This document shows positions 34,201 through 47,070 of a stretch of 64,000 nt of DNA, piece after piece (positions within the stretch are counted from its first letter, which is position 1; each line of letters begins with the position of its first letter). This DNA comes from Podarcis erhardii (lineage: Eukaryota): the NCBI GenBank assembly GCA_964252035.1, contig OZ176201.1; one strand, given 5' to 3'. Under the pieces are notes generated by a model that saw nothing but the letters and a program-made list of their open reading frames with translations, ran no database searches and was not told the DNA's origin. A program made the position numbers and the translations under genes.

Positions 34201-37200
34201 GACTGTATTCAGGTGCTTGGTGCTGAGCCTGATAATCTTTAAGGCGAGGGCTCATAAGCAGTAATCAGGAAGAGGCCTTACCAGGCTGCTAGACCCTGGC
34301 AGGATGCCAAGTGCTGATGCCAGCCTTGCTCCCTCCTCCGATATCAAAGGACTAGACTTATCACAGAGAAACAAAGAGATAAACCGATGGTGTAAGCAAC
34401 TTCTGCTAAAGCCAATATTGTGATGAGATGCGGCTGTGGAAGGTTTGGGGCCAGGGAGTAAAGACAACCAGTTCATGTTGTGAGTTGAGAACATGTGTCA
34501 GGCCTGCTGGATGAGGCCAACAGGCCCATCTAGTCCAGCACCCTGTCCTTGCATGCCTGCGAGCGGGTGCCCTCTGCCCACCTGCGATTCCCGGCAACCA
34601 GCATCCTTCCTCCTGCCAACGGAGTTCCCCTTCTGACTCTAGCAGGATTCTGGCCCAAGGAACCGAGGTCATATGGCGCCCCGGCCTTTACTGGAATGCA
34701 AACAGCCAAAGAATTTGGCAGGTCAGCAAATGGAGCACATGATGCCCAGGAAGAGACACAACTCAGCAAACTCCCACTGTAAGCTGTGGAAAGGCCGGGC
34801 AGGGAAGGCACCTACCAATTTGCCATGAGAGGATGGCGGTAGGTGCGCACGGGAGGAGCAGCATTTGGGGCCAGCTGCCAGTGAATACCTCCCCCCTCCC
34901 TCCCCCACCCCCACCCCCACCCCCACCACCCAGCCTCCCCTGTAAATCACCTCCTTCCTCCTCATATGAACTGTGTCCCAGCTGGATGGCAGTGTGGTTG
35001 CCATGGTGACACAGAGATGCTGGTTGCTTTGATAAGCTGAGGGAGTCTCCCCCCCTTTCGGTCTCTTCGCCCACACAACCTGGACCAATTCTCCGTGCTC
35101 CTTCCTTCCCCCTTCGCATGAGGTCTCGAAATGAGGTTGCGAAGAGAACAGAACCCCCATGTGCTCTCGGCTAGGGTGTGAAAGCCTTTGGTTGTGATTT
35201 CTGCTGGCTGATTGGCAAAGGATGGAGGGAATGGCTATACCCCGCCAGAGATGGAAGAGAGGGTGGTATCTTGGAGACGGTTTCCATGGAGGCCCCTTCA
35301 CACAAGCCCTGATGGCTCATTGATATGCTGCTACTGCTGCTTTAATTTCACTATTTCTCCCTCTCCGCCTCTTAACACCCCACCCCACTCCACCCCTCAC
35401 ATTCTTATTGGGCAGCAGGCAGTTCACTGCCAGAAGCGTGAGTGGGTCTTACTCCCCAGGTGGGCAACAATTATACCATCCTGGAGGGGTGAGGCCTCTG
35501 CTGCAGCAGTGCATTCATTTCTCCCCATTTAGCAGAAGCTCCTCCCTCATCCTTTTGCATGTGGCCTGCGGGCACATGCAGCATTGAGGAGACAAGGGGA
35601 TATGGGCGGAGGGGATCTCTCTCACTTGAGCACAAAGCACCTGGAACTGATACCAGCGAAGCATCTTTCTTGCGCATCAACGAGAGAAGAGGACAAAGGC
35701 AGGTGCTGATTTGCATTTTTAAAAACCGTGTTCTAATAGTTTTGTAGGGAAGCAAATTTAGAAGTAATTCAGTATAATTTGAATAGAAATACAATACAGG
35801 CGACTCCCCATTTACGCAGGGGTTACGTTCCGAGGCACCACGCATTTAAGTGCAATTGTGTAATGAGAACACAATTGAAAAAGCCTGCAAATGAACGCCA
35901 CAATCGCTCCCTCCAAACCTTGCTCAAGCTCCCCACAGGCCTTGATGCAAAGGCTTGTGGGGTTGCTAAGCACTGTTTTGTGCCATTTTTGTGCTTCTTT
36001 AAGGCTATTTTTGCCCCTTTTGTGCCACTTCTGTGTTTGCGGTGATTGTGCCTGCCCAGAGGCATAGCGCAGGGGGTGGGGCACACTGGGCACCACACCG
36101 CAGGGAGTAGCACTTACCATGGAGCCTGCAGCACGCCCGAGCTACACATCTCTCCTGGGAGTGGCGCGGTGGCTCAGGCACCTGCAGGCTCCGCGCTGCC
36201 CAAAAAAGTAACACGGGCCTGCTGGGCACAGGAACAGAACATGGCTTGGGCTCTGGGATTCTGGCGCACCCTGCCCCATCCCATCCTGCGGGCACCACAC
36301 CCACCCACATACCATCTTGGGGTTCTTTCGTCTTTCAATCAGGCCTAGACCTAATGACCTTTCTAGCAGAGGATCCCCTCAAACAGAAGACTGTCCCCCG
36401 TAATGTAGGAGATGTTGTACATCCTCTCTTCATCGCTCTTCCCTGCTGTTCCTCCTCTGGAAGTGAAGTTGGGGTAGATGTACCAGCTGAAACCTTGGGG
36501 AGCGCCTCTCCTTATCACAGCATTGCCAGACAGAATGTAAAACAAAAAGGGCGGGCAGGGTTGGATGGTGGCTTTCTTCTAGGCAGGCTGGAGGAGCAGC
36601 CATGTTCTAGAAATGCTTGCTCTACATCATGGGTAGGCAAACTAAGGCCCAGGGGCCGGATCCAGCCCAGCCCCAATCGCCTTCTAAATCTGGCCCACAG
36701 ACAGTCCAGGAATCAGCGTGTTTTTACATGAATAGAATGTGTGCTTTTATTTAAAATTCATCTCTAGGTTATTTGTGAGGCATAGGAATTTGTTCATTTT
36801 TTTATTTCAAAATATAGTCCGGCCCCCCACAAGGTCTGAGGGACAATGGACCGGCCCCCTGCTGAAAAAGTTTGCTGACCCCTGCAGTCTACATCATGTT
36901 GCGGGGGACTGGACCCACTAGGGGCCACTTGTCTGTGGAGACTGAGCCCACCAGTGTAGGGAACTTGCCTACACTGGTGATATCAAATATGGCAGCCTGC
37001 TTGCTTTACCTACACAAGTTGACAGGAGGAACGGAGAGCCCAGTCGGATCCTGCATGCACAGGCCAGTCCTGGGTTGCATCTGTTTGGGTGAGGAACTTT
37101 AGGCCCCATGGCTAAATGCAACTCTTCTAGGCTTCTCTATGTGGCCTTCGTAGCTCTCCCTGCGCCCTCACAGGCCCTCCTTCCCACCCAAGTGCTTTTG

Positions 37201-40200
37201 CCTGGCTGGAATGAGTCCTTGAAGCCTGAGAATGCCTCTTGCTAGTCTGGGATGAGTGTTTGGAAACAGGCAACCAGAGTGACCAGGAGGCTGGAGAAAC
37301 TCCCAAATAAGGAAAGATTACAACATTTGGGTCTGGGGCTCTTTAGCTCTTTAGTGGCAGAAAGTTCAGAACAGACAAAAGGTCTGATTCAGCAGAGCTT
37401 TTCTTAGGAAATCTACTGAAAATAGTTTAATTCAAATGACTCTATGTCTGTGCATGCACACAAACCAAATAGCCCATCTGGGAATCACACATGAGACAGG
37501 CAGTTTGCTGTTGCTCAAGGGCATTTTTAATTTCTCTGCTCCAGGCATGCTCCAGGAGGCCTGGTCCTCTGAGGGTGCCTGCTGCCCAATATACATGCTG
37601 CTTTCTATAAATAATTCTCAAATTTGTGGAATGTGCATCTTTGGGGGACAAGTGGAAGGAAGAGCAGTTTCAGGGGTGATAGAATAGGATCCTAGAGCAT
37701 GCTGTGGATCTTCCCTCACTAACCAAGACACTGGTAGATGTATCACCCTATGACAGTGAACATCATCTTGGATTTGTGTGGGTGAGCCCATCATTTCTTC
37801 CCCTAGACTCCACATGTGATTTGGAAGGAAGCAAGTTTGGAAATATCTGTTGCTTTCTTTCTTTTTCCTGGGGCACGGCTTTCAGAGGGGTTGAAATATA
37901 TTATGTTGTAATGCAAGGCTTTCCCTGGAATGAGGGGCATTCTCTAGACATGGCATTGTTGTCCTTTACTCAGAACTGTGATTATTGTGCATCATGTGCA
38001 AGCACCACACAAATACCAAATTCAGCATCCTGAGGGTCAACTTTCATTTTATTAAAATAGTATTTATTGTGTTGGTCCATAGACCATACCAGGAAACTTA
38101 CGTTTTATTTTAAAAATCAAGTTTGTAGACCTTGGGGGCTAAGAAGAGTGTGTATGAAGGCCACCAAGATCTCTGAAGTCCTACAACTGCAGTGACTATG
38201 TGGTTGGGCTTTGTGGTTCTGTGCTGTTTGTCTCCCTGCTACTCGAGGGCTACAGGAGCAGAACCAGTTCGGCAATAAATAAGCCAACATGTGCAAATCT
38301 GCTTAATCCAAGCCCTAGCCTCCAATTTTACCTAGCACTATAACTGCATTTCCTCAGTGCAAGAGTTAGATAGTGAAGGATTTGCGCGGTCCTGCCCTTA
38401 TCTGTACATGCTTCTCCGAACCTGTTTGTGTGATTCTCTGACTTGCAGGGCTTTGTACACTTACGAAGATGACTCCGATAACCTGAAACTGGCTGCTTCG
38501 GGAAGTGAGTATTCCTGTCCCTGCCCTTGCCTCCTTGCTGGGCAACCTTATGTTGCTTAGCCGATCCAGTCCTGGCAGTTCTCAGTGCTCCACCAAACTT
38601 CCCTCTCGTAAAACAAAAACAAAAAAAAATAAATCCCCTTTTTTCTTTTTAAAGTATATTTTTTATTAAGTTTTACATAACAAATTTAAATTCAAACACA
38701 TCATTCACCTCTTCAATTAGGATTCTCTGAATCCCCTCCACCCTTCCATGGTTACCATTATCAGTCTTTTTCCCCCCTTCTGCTTATCTTATTTTCTTTA
38801 ATTTGTTAAAAAAATTAGTAATTCATTTTTCCATAGTTTTTTGTACATTACAAGCATTACTCAAATCCCACCAAAGTTTTTAGTTGTTTACAGTGTTCTC
38901 TTAAGTACATTGTAAATTTTCCCCATTCCTTCTTAAAATTCTTCTCTTCCTGGTTTCTGATTTTCCCAGTCAGTTTCGCCATTTCGCCATAGTCCATCAT
39001 CTTCATCAGCCATTCCTCTCTGGTTGGAACTTCGTCTTCTTTTCATCTCTGGGCCAGTAGTATCCTCGCTGCTGTCGTCGCATACATGAATAGACGACAA
39101 CTAAAAATCCCATTTTTTTCAACAGGGTTAGAGTTGAAGTGGCATGGGGTGGGGAGGTAAATGGCCATGAGCAGTGGCAAGGGCACACCCCGTAAGTTGA
39201 GAGAGTAGTCCCTTTTATCATGTGTTCCTCTGTCTACCCACCTGAAGGGCCGAAGTTCAGTGCTGTGTCATCTGCTCTGCATGCAGAGGTTTTTGGTCCA
39301 GTCTCTGGCATCTCCAGATACCAAGATTCCCTGCTTGAAACCCAGAGAGCCTGCTCCAATCTGCACAGACCATACTGAGATAGATGAACCAGTGCGCTGG
39401 CTCTGTGAAAGGCAGTGCCCCATCAGGTCCCTAAGGGAAAGAGCAGTGTGGTCTGTGTCCCATAAAATCTGTCTCTTTGCTTCTTCAGCTGGCGGCCTAC
39501 AAGAACTCTCCAGCCATTTTGAGAACCAGAAAGTGATGTACGGATTCTGCAGTGTCAAAGACCCTCAGGCCACCCTCCCTAAATATGTCCTCATTAACTG
39601 GGTAAGTCCAACAAGAGTCTGGGAGGTAGCTTGCTCTGTGCTGAAGGGGAGCAATATTAAAGTTGACTGGGCCACACAAAAAGAGGCCCTTGGTACTGCA
39701 TGGGAAGGGAATGTTCCACCAGTTCAGCTTTTCCTCCCACTATGGTGAGACAAGGAGAAATTCAGCCTTCTTTATGCACAGGAATCTTCTTGGCATCTGG
39801 AGCTGGCAGCCCTGTTCAAACTAGGGTGGAGAATTCAGAAACAGCCAAGTGTTTCTCAAACCTGGGTCTCCAGCTGTTGTTGGGCTACAACTCCCATCAT
39901 TGCTAGCTAGCAGGACCAGTGGTCAGGGATGATGGGAGCTGCAGTTCAACAACAGCTGGAGACCCAGGTTTGAGAAACTCTGAATGGCGAAGGCTGATGG
40001 TAGGTCCCTGGTGTCTCAACCGTAGGGCCTAATTGTGCACAGTCATTTTCTACCTAAAGATAATCTCTGTGTAGGAAAAAGCACCAGCCCATCATTTGTG
40101 AAGGCTGGCATGAGTGCTGTTTGGGCTGTGAATACAGGGGCACATAAAGCTGGCTGGCTCTGAAGAGGCCTGCAATGTGGAGGTTGATCTTTCTAGCAGA

Positions 40201-43200
40201 ACCCTTGCTGACTGCTGGGTTTCCATTGATTTGTCTGCACTGCCCTCTAGTGGAACAAATTCCATTTCCTTAATGAATCTGAAAGGGTCGACCACTCTGA
40301 CACATTGGGCTGGCTCCTTCTCCTTCCCACTTTCTGTCCAGACTTGCTTCCTATCCTACCTGACATATCCCAGCTTGTGACAATCTTTAAATACTGCTTT
40401 TGTGGACAGTTCCTTTCACTAGGCCTTTTAAAAAAATGTCTTTGTAGAAATATGGGTTTAACAGTCTGAACCAGCCGCCTTTGGCCTGATGCCCTCCAGA
40501 CATTTTGAATAATAATATTATTAACAATATTTATTTATTTATTTATTTATTTATACATACATACATACATACATACATACATACATACATACCCCATCCA
40601 TCTGGCTGGGTTTCCCCAGCCACTCTGGGCGGCTACTGACAGAATATTAAATACACGATAAAAATTCAGAATTCTTCTAAAAGTCAGATAGTTGTATATT
40701 TCCTTGACATTTGATGGGAGGGCATTCCACAGAGTGGGTGCCGCTACCGTGAAGGCCCTCTGCCTGCTTCCCTGTAACCTCACTTCTCGCAGTAAGGGAA
40801 CCTCCAGAAGGCCCTCAGAGCTGGACCTCAGTGTCCGGGCAGAACTACAATTTCCAGCATCCCTGTGTATTGGCCATGGTGGCTAAGGCTGATGGGACTT
40901 GTAGTCCAAAAGCATCTGGAGAGAACCAGGTTGGGGAAGGGTGACTTAAAAGAAGAAACACATTACAAAGTGCTGCCCAGGGGCAGAAATGAACAACAAA
41001 TATCCAGCCATTTGGAAACCACTGAATATCGCTGCTAGCCCTAGCAAGACCCCCTTCGCAAGGGTGAGATCTACTGTAAAGGAATATAAGATGTACTCTC
41101 TGTGTCATTTCCCAGTCCTTAACAAAAAGACCGCCAAAAAACCTCCTGCCAAGCATTGATGCTCCAGGACTTAGAAGAAGCTGCAGATTTAGGCATGTGG
41201 GGCAGTGTTTCTTCCCTACCTTGTTGGCACAGTGATATGTCTGGTCTACATCTCATCCAAAATTATCAAGGAAGACCTTTCTGCAGAGAAAATCCTTGCT
41301 GCTCTTGCTTTCCATTCAAAAATCCAGAGGAATATCCCGTTTTCTTGCGTGCTGGTGCCGCCCTTGTCCTCCTCCTTCTGAGCTCTCAGGATGCTCTCCC
41401 AAGTAGCCTGTGTCTCTATGTGCATGTAGAATAAGATGCTGCCTGCTGCTGTCTCACGAGAGTGGCATCTTCCAGCACTAACCTTCCCCGTCCCTGTGCA
41501 CCTTTATGCCTGGCAGGTGGGAGAGGATGTTGCTGATGCCCGCAAGTGTGCCTGCGCCAGCCATGTGGCCAAAGTCGCGGAATTCTTCCAGGTCAGTGGC
41601 AAACTGTTTGGGGAAGGGTGCGCAGGTGGGAGTGCCTATGCAACAGTCCGTTCTCATCTTGTGGAAAAGGGATTTGGACTTTGTGAAAGAGGGAACATGG
41701 TTCTCCTGCAATGCAGGGGTGGAAAGACCTGTGGCCCTCCAGTTGTGGACAGAGAGTGTAGCCCAATAACATCTGGAAGGACACAGGCTCCACATCTGGG
41801 ATGGGCAAGGAGTTTTGATTGTGAGCTGTTGGCAGGAGACCTGTGTCAGCTGCTGGGTCTCCGCTGTTGTCCTCCAGGGTAGCTGCCTTAAATCCTCATC
41901 TGACTTCCTGCTCAATGCAAAATGCAGTTTCAAGTGGGGTGGCAAACCTGAGGTCAGGGGGCCAGATGTGGCCCTCCAGGCCTCTCCACCCAGCCCTTGG
42001 GACTCTTCTTAGTCCTTGCCCCTCACCAGCCTAGTTTGTGGCTTTCTAAAGTGCTTTTGCCTGGCTGGTATATGTTCTTGAGCCATGATCATGCCTCCTG
42101 CTTGCCCAGTTTAGGTAGGCAGGTAGCGGGTGCACAGGTGGGTGTAAGCCTCTGGCTTTTGTGTGGCTGGAGTAGAGCCTGCTCTACAAAGGTAAATGTC
42201 ACACATCCTTTGCCCTGCTTGCTTTTGCCTCTGGCGCTGCCCATCACTGGCAAGCAGCCCCCCACAAAACTACCCAAGAGGGAATGCAGGCTCTTTCTGA
42301 AAGGGGTTCCCCGCCTTTGAAGCTACAGTATCCCTGATAAATCTGCTCATCCATTGGAGGAGAGCCCACCACCTCCCAACACAGTCTTTGTCTACTGTCT
42401 AGCAGCTCTCTTCCCAATAAATAGGAAGTGTCCTCTGGTGCTGAGCTGAAATCTCTTTTCCTGGTCCTAGTCCTGCTCCCTGGAACCTCAGAGGACAGAC
42501 AGGTCTATGTCATCTTCTCCAGCTTGGTGGCCGGACCTTCATTTTTCAGTGTGGTTTGAATGTCTCAACAGGGTGTGGATGTCATTGTCAACGCTAGCAG
42601 CGTGGAAGACATCGACCCAGGAGCCATTGGGCAGCGGCTCTCCAACGGCCTCGCCCGCATTGCCAGCCCCGTGCTGCACCGTCTCCGCCTGCGTGAGGAT
42701 GAGAATGCACAGCCCGTGGTAATGCTCCTTCTTTGCCATGCCCCCCTTTCCCCTTGTTGGGGAGAAGCAGCACCAGCCTCTTCTGGGCTTGGGTGTGGCT
42801 GGTCTGCTGAAAGTAAATTCTACTTAGGGCAGCCTTCCCCAGATTTGGACTACAGCTCCCATCAGCCCCTGCCAGCATGGCCTGGGACTAGGGGGAGATG
42901 GGAGCTGTAGTCCAACACCATCTGCAGGCACCAGGTTTTGGAAGGCTGTTGACGCAGGGTAAGAAAGATGGTTACAGTGGAGTGGACATTTCAGTTAGCA
43001 ATAACCTCAGATTAACCTCCCTGGCTGCAATGGGTGCACTGCAAATCCTCCAGCATACGTTATGAACTGCCTTGAAGAATATTCTGGTCAGTTACCCCCA
43101 TGCTGTTACAAACCATTGTGAAACACACCAGGGCAGTGAGAACCTGGCAAGTTCTCTTGTTATCTGTGTGTGCTCATTCACACACATACACGTCTCTCTC

Positions 43201-46200
43201 CTGACCTGATTTGATTTTTTTGTTTCAGGGCACCACCTACCAGAAGACTGATGCTGCTGTGGAGATGAAGCGACTCAACCGGGAGCAGTTCTGGGAGCAG
43301 GCCAAGGTAGAAAAGTTTTACCAAGGAAGCCCTGTCCCTGGGCAGGTCAAGTCTGTGANNNNNNNNNNNNNNNNNNNNNNNNNNNNNNNNNNNNNNNNNN
43401 NNNNNNNNNNNNNNNNNNNNNNNNNNNNNNNNNNNNNNNNNNNNNNNNNNNNNNNNNNNNNNNNNNNNNNNNNNNNNNNNNNNNNNNNNNNNNNNNNNNN
43501 NNNNNNNNNNNNNNNNNNNNNNNNNNNNNNNNNNNNNNNNNNNNNNNNNNNNNNNNNNNNNNNNNNNNNNNNNNNNNNNNNNNNNNNNNNNNNNNNNNNN
43601 NNNNNNNNNNNNNNNNNNNNNNNNNNNNNNNNNNNNNNNNNNNNNNNNNNNNNNNNNNNNNNNNNNNNNNNNNNNNNNNNNNNNNNNNNNNNNNNNNNNN
43701 NNNNNNNNNNNNNNNNNNNNNNNNNNNNNNNNNNNNNNNNNNNNNNNNNNNNNNNNNNNNNNNNNNNNNNNNNNNNNNNNNNNNNNNNNNNNNNNNNNNN
43801 NNNNNNNNNNNNNNNNNNNNNNNNNNNNNNNNNNNNNNNNNNNNNNNNTCCCTGTTCCAGCCCTTCTGTGTGAGGTGCAGCACCTACCCTCTCCCTCTTT
43901 TCTGTCCCTTGCAGAAAGAAGAGGAGCTGCGCAAGGAGGAGGAGCGGAAGAAGGCCCTAGACGAGCGGCTGCGTTTTGAGCAAGAGCGCATGGAGCAGGA
44001 GAGGCAGGAGCAGGAGGAGCGAGAGAAGCGCTACCGGGAGCGCGAGGAGCAGATTGAGGAACACAGGCAAGGGGCAGCCGGGAGGGTCTGGCCGTGGTGT
44101 TGTCTGTCTGGAAAGGGAGCCAAGGAGGCAACACGGGTGGTTCCTTAGCAAGCCAAGATGGGCAAATATCGGTTCGTCCAACAGGTGGGAGAGGGCTCTT
44201 GTGCTCTAATCCTGCTTGCAGGCAAGGATGCCTCTTCCACGTTGCTTCCTTGTGGGAAGCAAAAGTGGCCCTGTTTCATTGGCTGCCCTGTTGCTCCTCC
44301 CTCTGTTTGTATAGGCCTAAGTGCCTCTTGGTCCTTCCTGAATGTTATGCTGCCAGTACTGATGGTGGTGAGAGTCTGCTTGAACTCAGCATGATTATTT
44401 AGTGCGGTTGGAGGTATATATCAGCCTCACCTCTTGCTGTTTTCAATTTAATTGCTCACAGAGTCATATACAGTCATACCTCGGGTTACAGACGCTTCAG
44501 GTTGCGGTTTTTTTGGGTTACGGATCGCCGAAACCCGGAAGTACCAGAATGGGTTGCTTCTGGGTTTTGGCGGTCGCGCATGCGCAGACGCGCCAAATCA
44601 CAACCCATGCATGCACAGACACGCCACTGTGGGTTGCAAACGCTGCGGATTGCAAACGTGCATCCCGCCCGGATCACGTTCGCAACCCAAGCATCCACTG
44701 TACATGTTTATTGAATGTATTGCGCTGGTAATAGCTGTTTCCTCCAAAACATTCCTAGGAGGTAGGTTCAGCTGGGAGGTAGCGGCTGACCTAAAGTCAT
44801 TCAGAGTGCTTCATGGGTGAGTGGGAATTGGAACCTCCCCAATCCACATTCTACTTCCTCTCTATAATACCAGTGGTTTTCAAGCTGTGTTCCATGGCAT
44901 CTTGGGGCTCTTTGAAAGCCAGTGAAGACCATTAATGGCAGGCAATTCTCCCTGAAAAATGGCTTGCCCACCACTGCTGATTGTTCTCTGCCATGTTATG
45001 TTGGAGCACAGTCTGGCACTTCACACTGAATAGAGATGAGACCCCAAAGTCCTGGCAGAAACCTGAGTGTGTTCTTCGGAAAGATTTCATGGCAGATTTG
45101 GGGGGGGGTGGCTAAGCAGTTGAGTTTGGAAAGAGCTCTTTCCTGCAGTCATGTGTGGTTGAAAGCCACTGCACAGCAGCACCCTGGCACAGTGCCCTTT
45201 CCCAGTTGTTTGTTCTCCCTTGTTGTTGTAGGATAATCCAAAGCTTTCAATTTACAACAACAACAACAACAATTTATTTATACCCCACCCATCTGGCTGG
45301 GTTTCCCCAGCCACTCTGGGCAGCTTCCAACAAAATATTAAAATACAATAGTCTGTTAAACATTAAAAGCTTCCCTAAACAGGGCTACCTTCAGATGTCT
45401 TCTAAAAGTCTGGTAGTTGTTTTTCTCTTTGACATCTGGTGGGAAGGCGTTCCACAGGGCAAGTGCCACTACCGAGAAGGCCCTCTGCCTGATTCCCTGT
45501 AACTTGGCTTCTCGCAGCAAGGGAACTGCCAGAAGGCCCTCAGCGCTGGACCTCAGTGTCCAGGCTGAACGATGTTTACTTCTTCTGATGACAGAAGGAT
45601 TGGCTGCTTTGGTCAAAGCCATACCACTTGCCCTGTGTCTTACCAGAATAGATTGAAGAAACATCTGAAATTATAGGTCTTTCCCACCTCCTGCATATTC
45701 ATTTGGGAGCAGAGGGAACCATGCAACAGTAGCCAATGTGCCTTTAATGGTTTCATATTCCATATGTGCAATAAACAGTCCCTGTTCTGTGATTTCCCAG
45801 GTTTATCCGGACTTCTGCAGCTCTTTGAAGGGCTGTGTGTGTCGGATGGCAGTGCTGTTTCATAACCGCTGAACGATTATGGTCTCTGAAGTGAAGCACT
45901 TAAATCATTTTGCATTTGCATGAGTGGCAGTGATGAAATTTTAATAGAGAGATAGATTGGACCCAGCCTGGGCAGGACATATTTGGGCATACTTTCTCGT
46001 GTTGTGGTTTATATCCAAACAGCTATGGTAGGCTGGATTAAGAGTACAAACACATTGTCGTTTTCATACACAACAGTGGTTCCTAGGTAGGTGAACATGC
46101 AGCAGACAGAATGCCAAGTGGTAGGATAAGAACTTGGAACACCTTGGTGAGCTGACAAGGTATGAAATGCAATAGGCTAACATGTCAAGTGTAACACCTA

Positions 46201-47026
46201 AGAAAGGAAGCTCAGAAGGTAACCGTTTAAAGGTGGGAGGCAGAAACAGGATGGGATTTGGAATGGGACACACTTGCAAAACGCGGAGCGACAGGAGGCA
46301 TTTAGCAGAGGGGCTCCCAGAACAGAAGGCATAATAGCCCCTCCAAATGTTCTTTTTATCACACAAGCATGATGATCTGTGCTCAAGATGGTATCAGGGC
46401 AGCTATACGTGATTCCGCTTTCAATGTGGTTTGGGCCTGCGAAAGTTCAGAGGTGGATCTGCTGCTTCCTTTCCAGCTGGTGCATGCCCCACCGCTTCCT
46501 GCTGAAATCCTGCAGCTTCTGGGATGGGTGGGTTGTCCTGCTTTGGCTGTGCTATAGCAAAAGGGTGCCCCTCCCTCCCAATGGCAATAGTGCAGCAGCA
46601 CATGCAGTAGCATTGCCAAACAACCCAGAAAGCGGGATGAGGTGTGGGCTGTCCAGTGTAAATCCACGGCTAATGCGTTATTATTGCATCAAAGACACAT
46701 TGCAGAAAATACCCGCAGGAAACAAAAAAAGGCCATGCTATCTGGAGGTGCCCAAGAGATTTTCCTGCTTGCTGGCAAAATAGGCACAGAACAAGCTTTA
46801 GAGTGGGCTCTAGAGACCAGTGAAAATGATTTAAGAGGCCTTGAAATAAGAGCTAATGGGGGAAATGGTGCATAATAAGGATTAAGTGAAGGTGCAACAG
46901 AAAATTTCAAATATACACAACTTTGGAATAAAGTTGGAAGTCAGACGGTTCTCCATGGTTCCTGAATGGAGAAGGCTATCTTTTGACTGATTGGCTACTT
47001 CCTGCTGCTTTGCAAGGAAGGGTGGG

Positions 47027-47070
<44 letters not shown>

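Noticed and set aside
44067-44100. Canonical GT donor alternative for DBN1 exon 7
   Set aside because: Nearby GTs (for example in gggagggtctgg) have poor consensus and would insert non-homologous residues into the coiled coil.
43178-44134. ORFs of 318, 220 and 178 aa
   Set aside because: Artefacts of translating through 490 N.
46683-46694. Overlapping ATF4/CEBP (ATTGCATCA) and TCF/LEF (ATCAAAG) motifs
   Set aside because: Short isolated motifs with no conservation evidence available.
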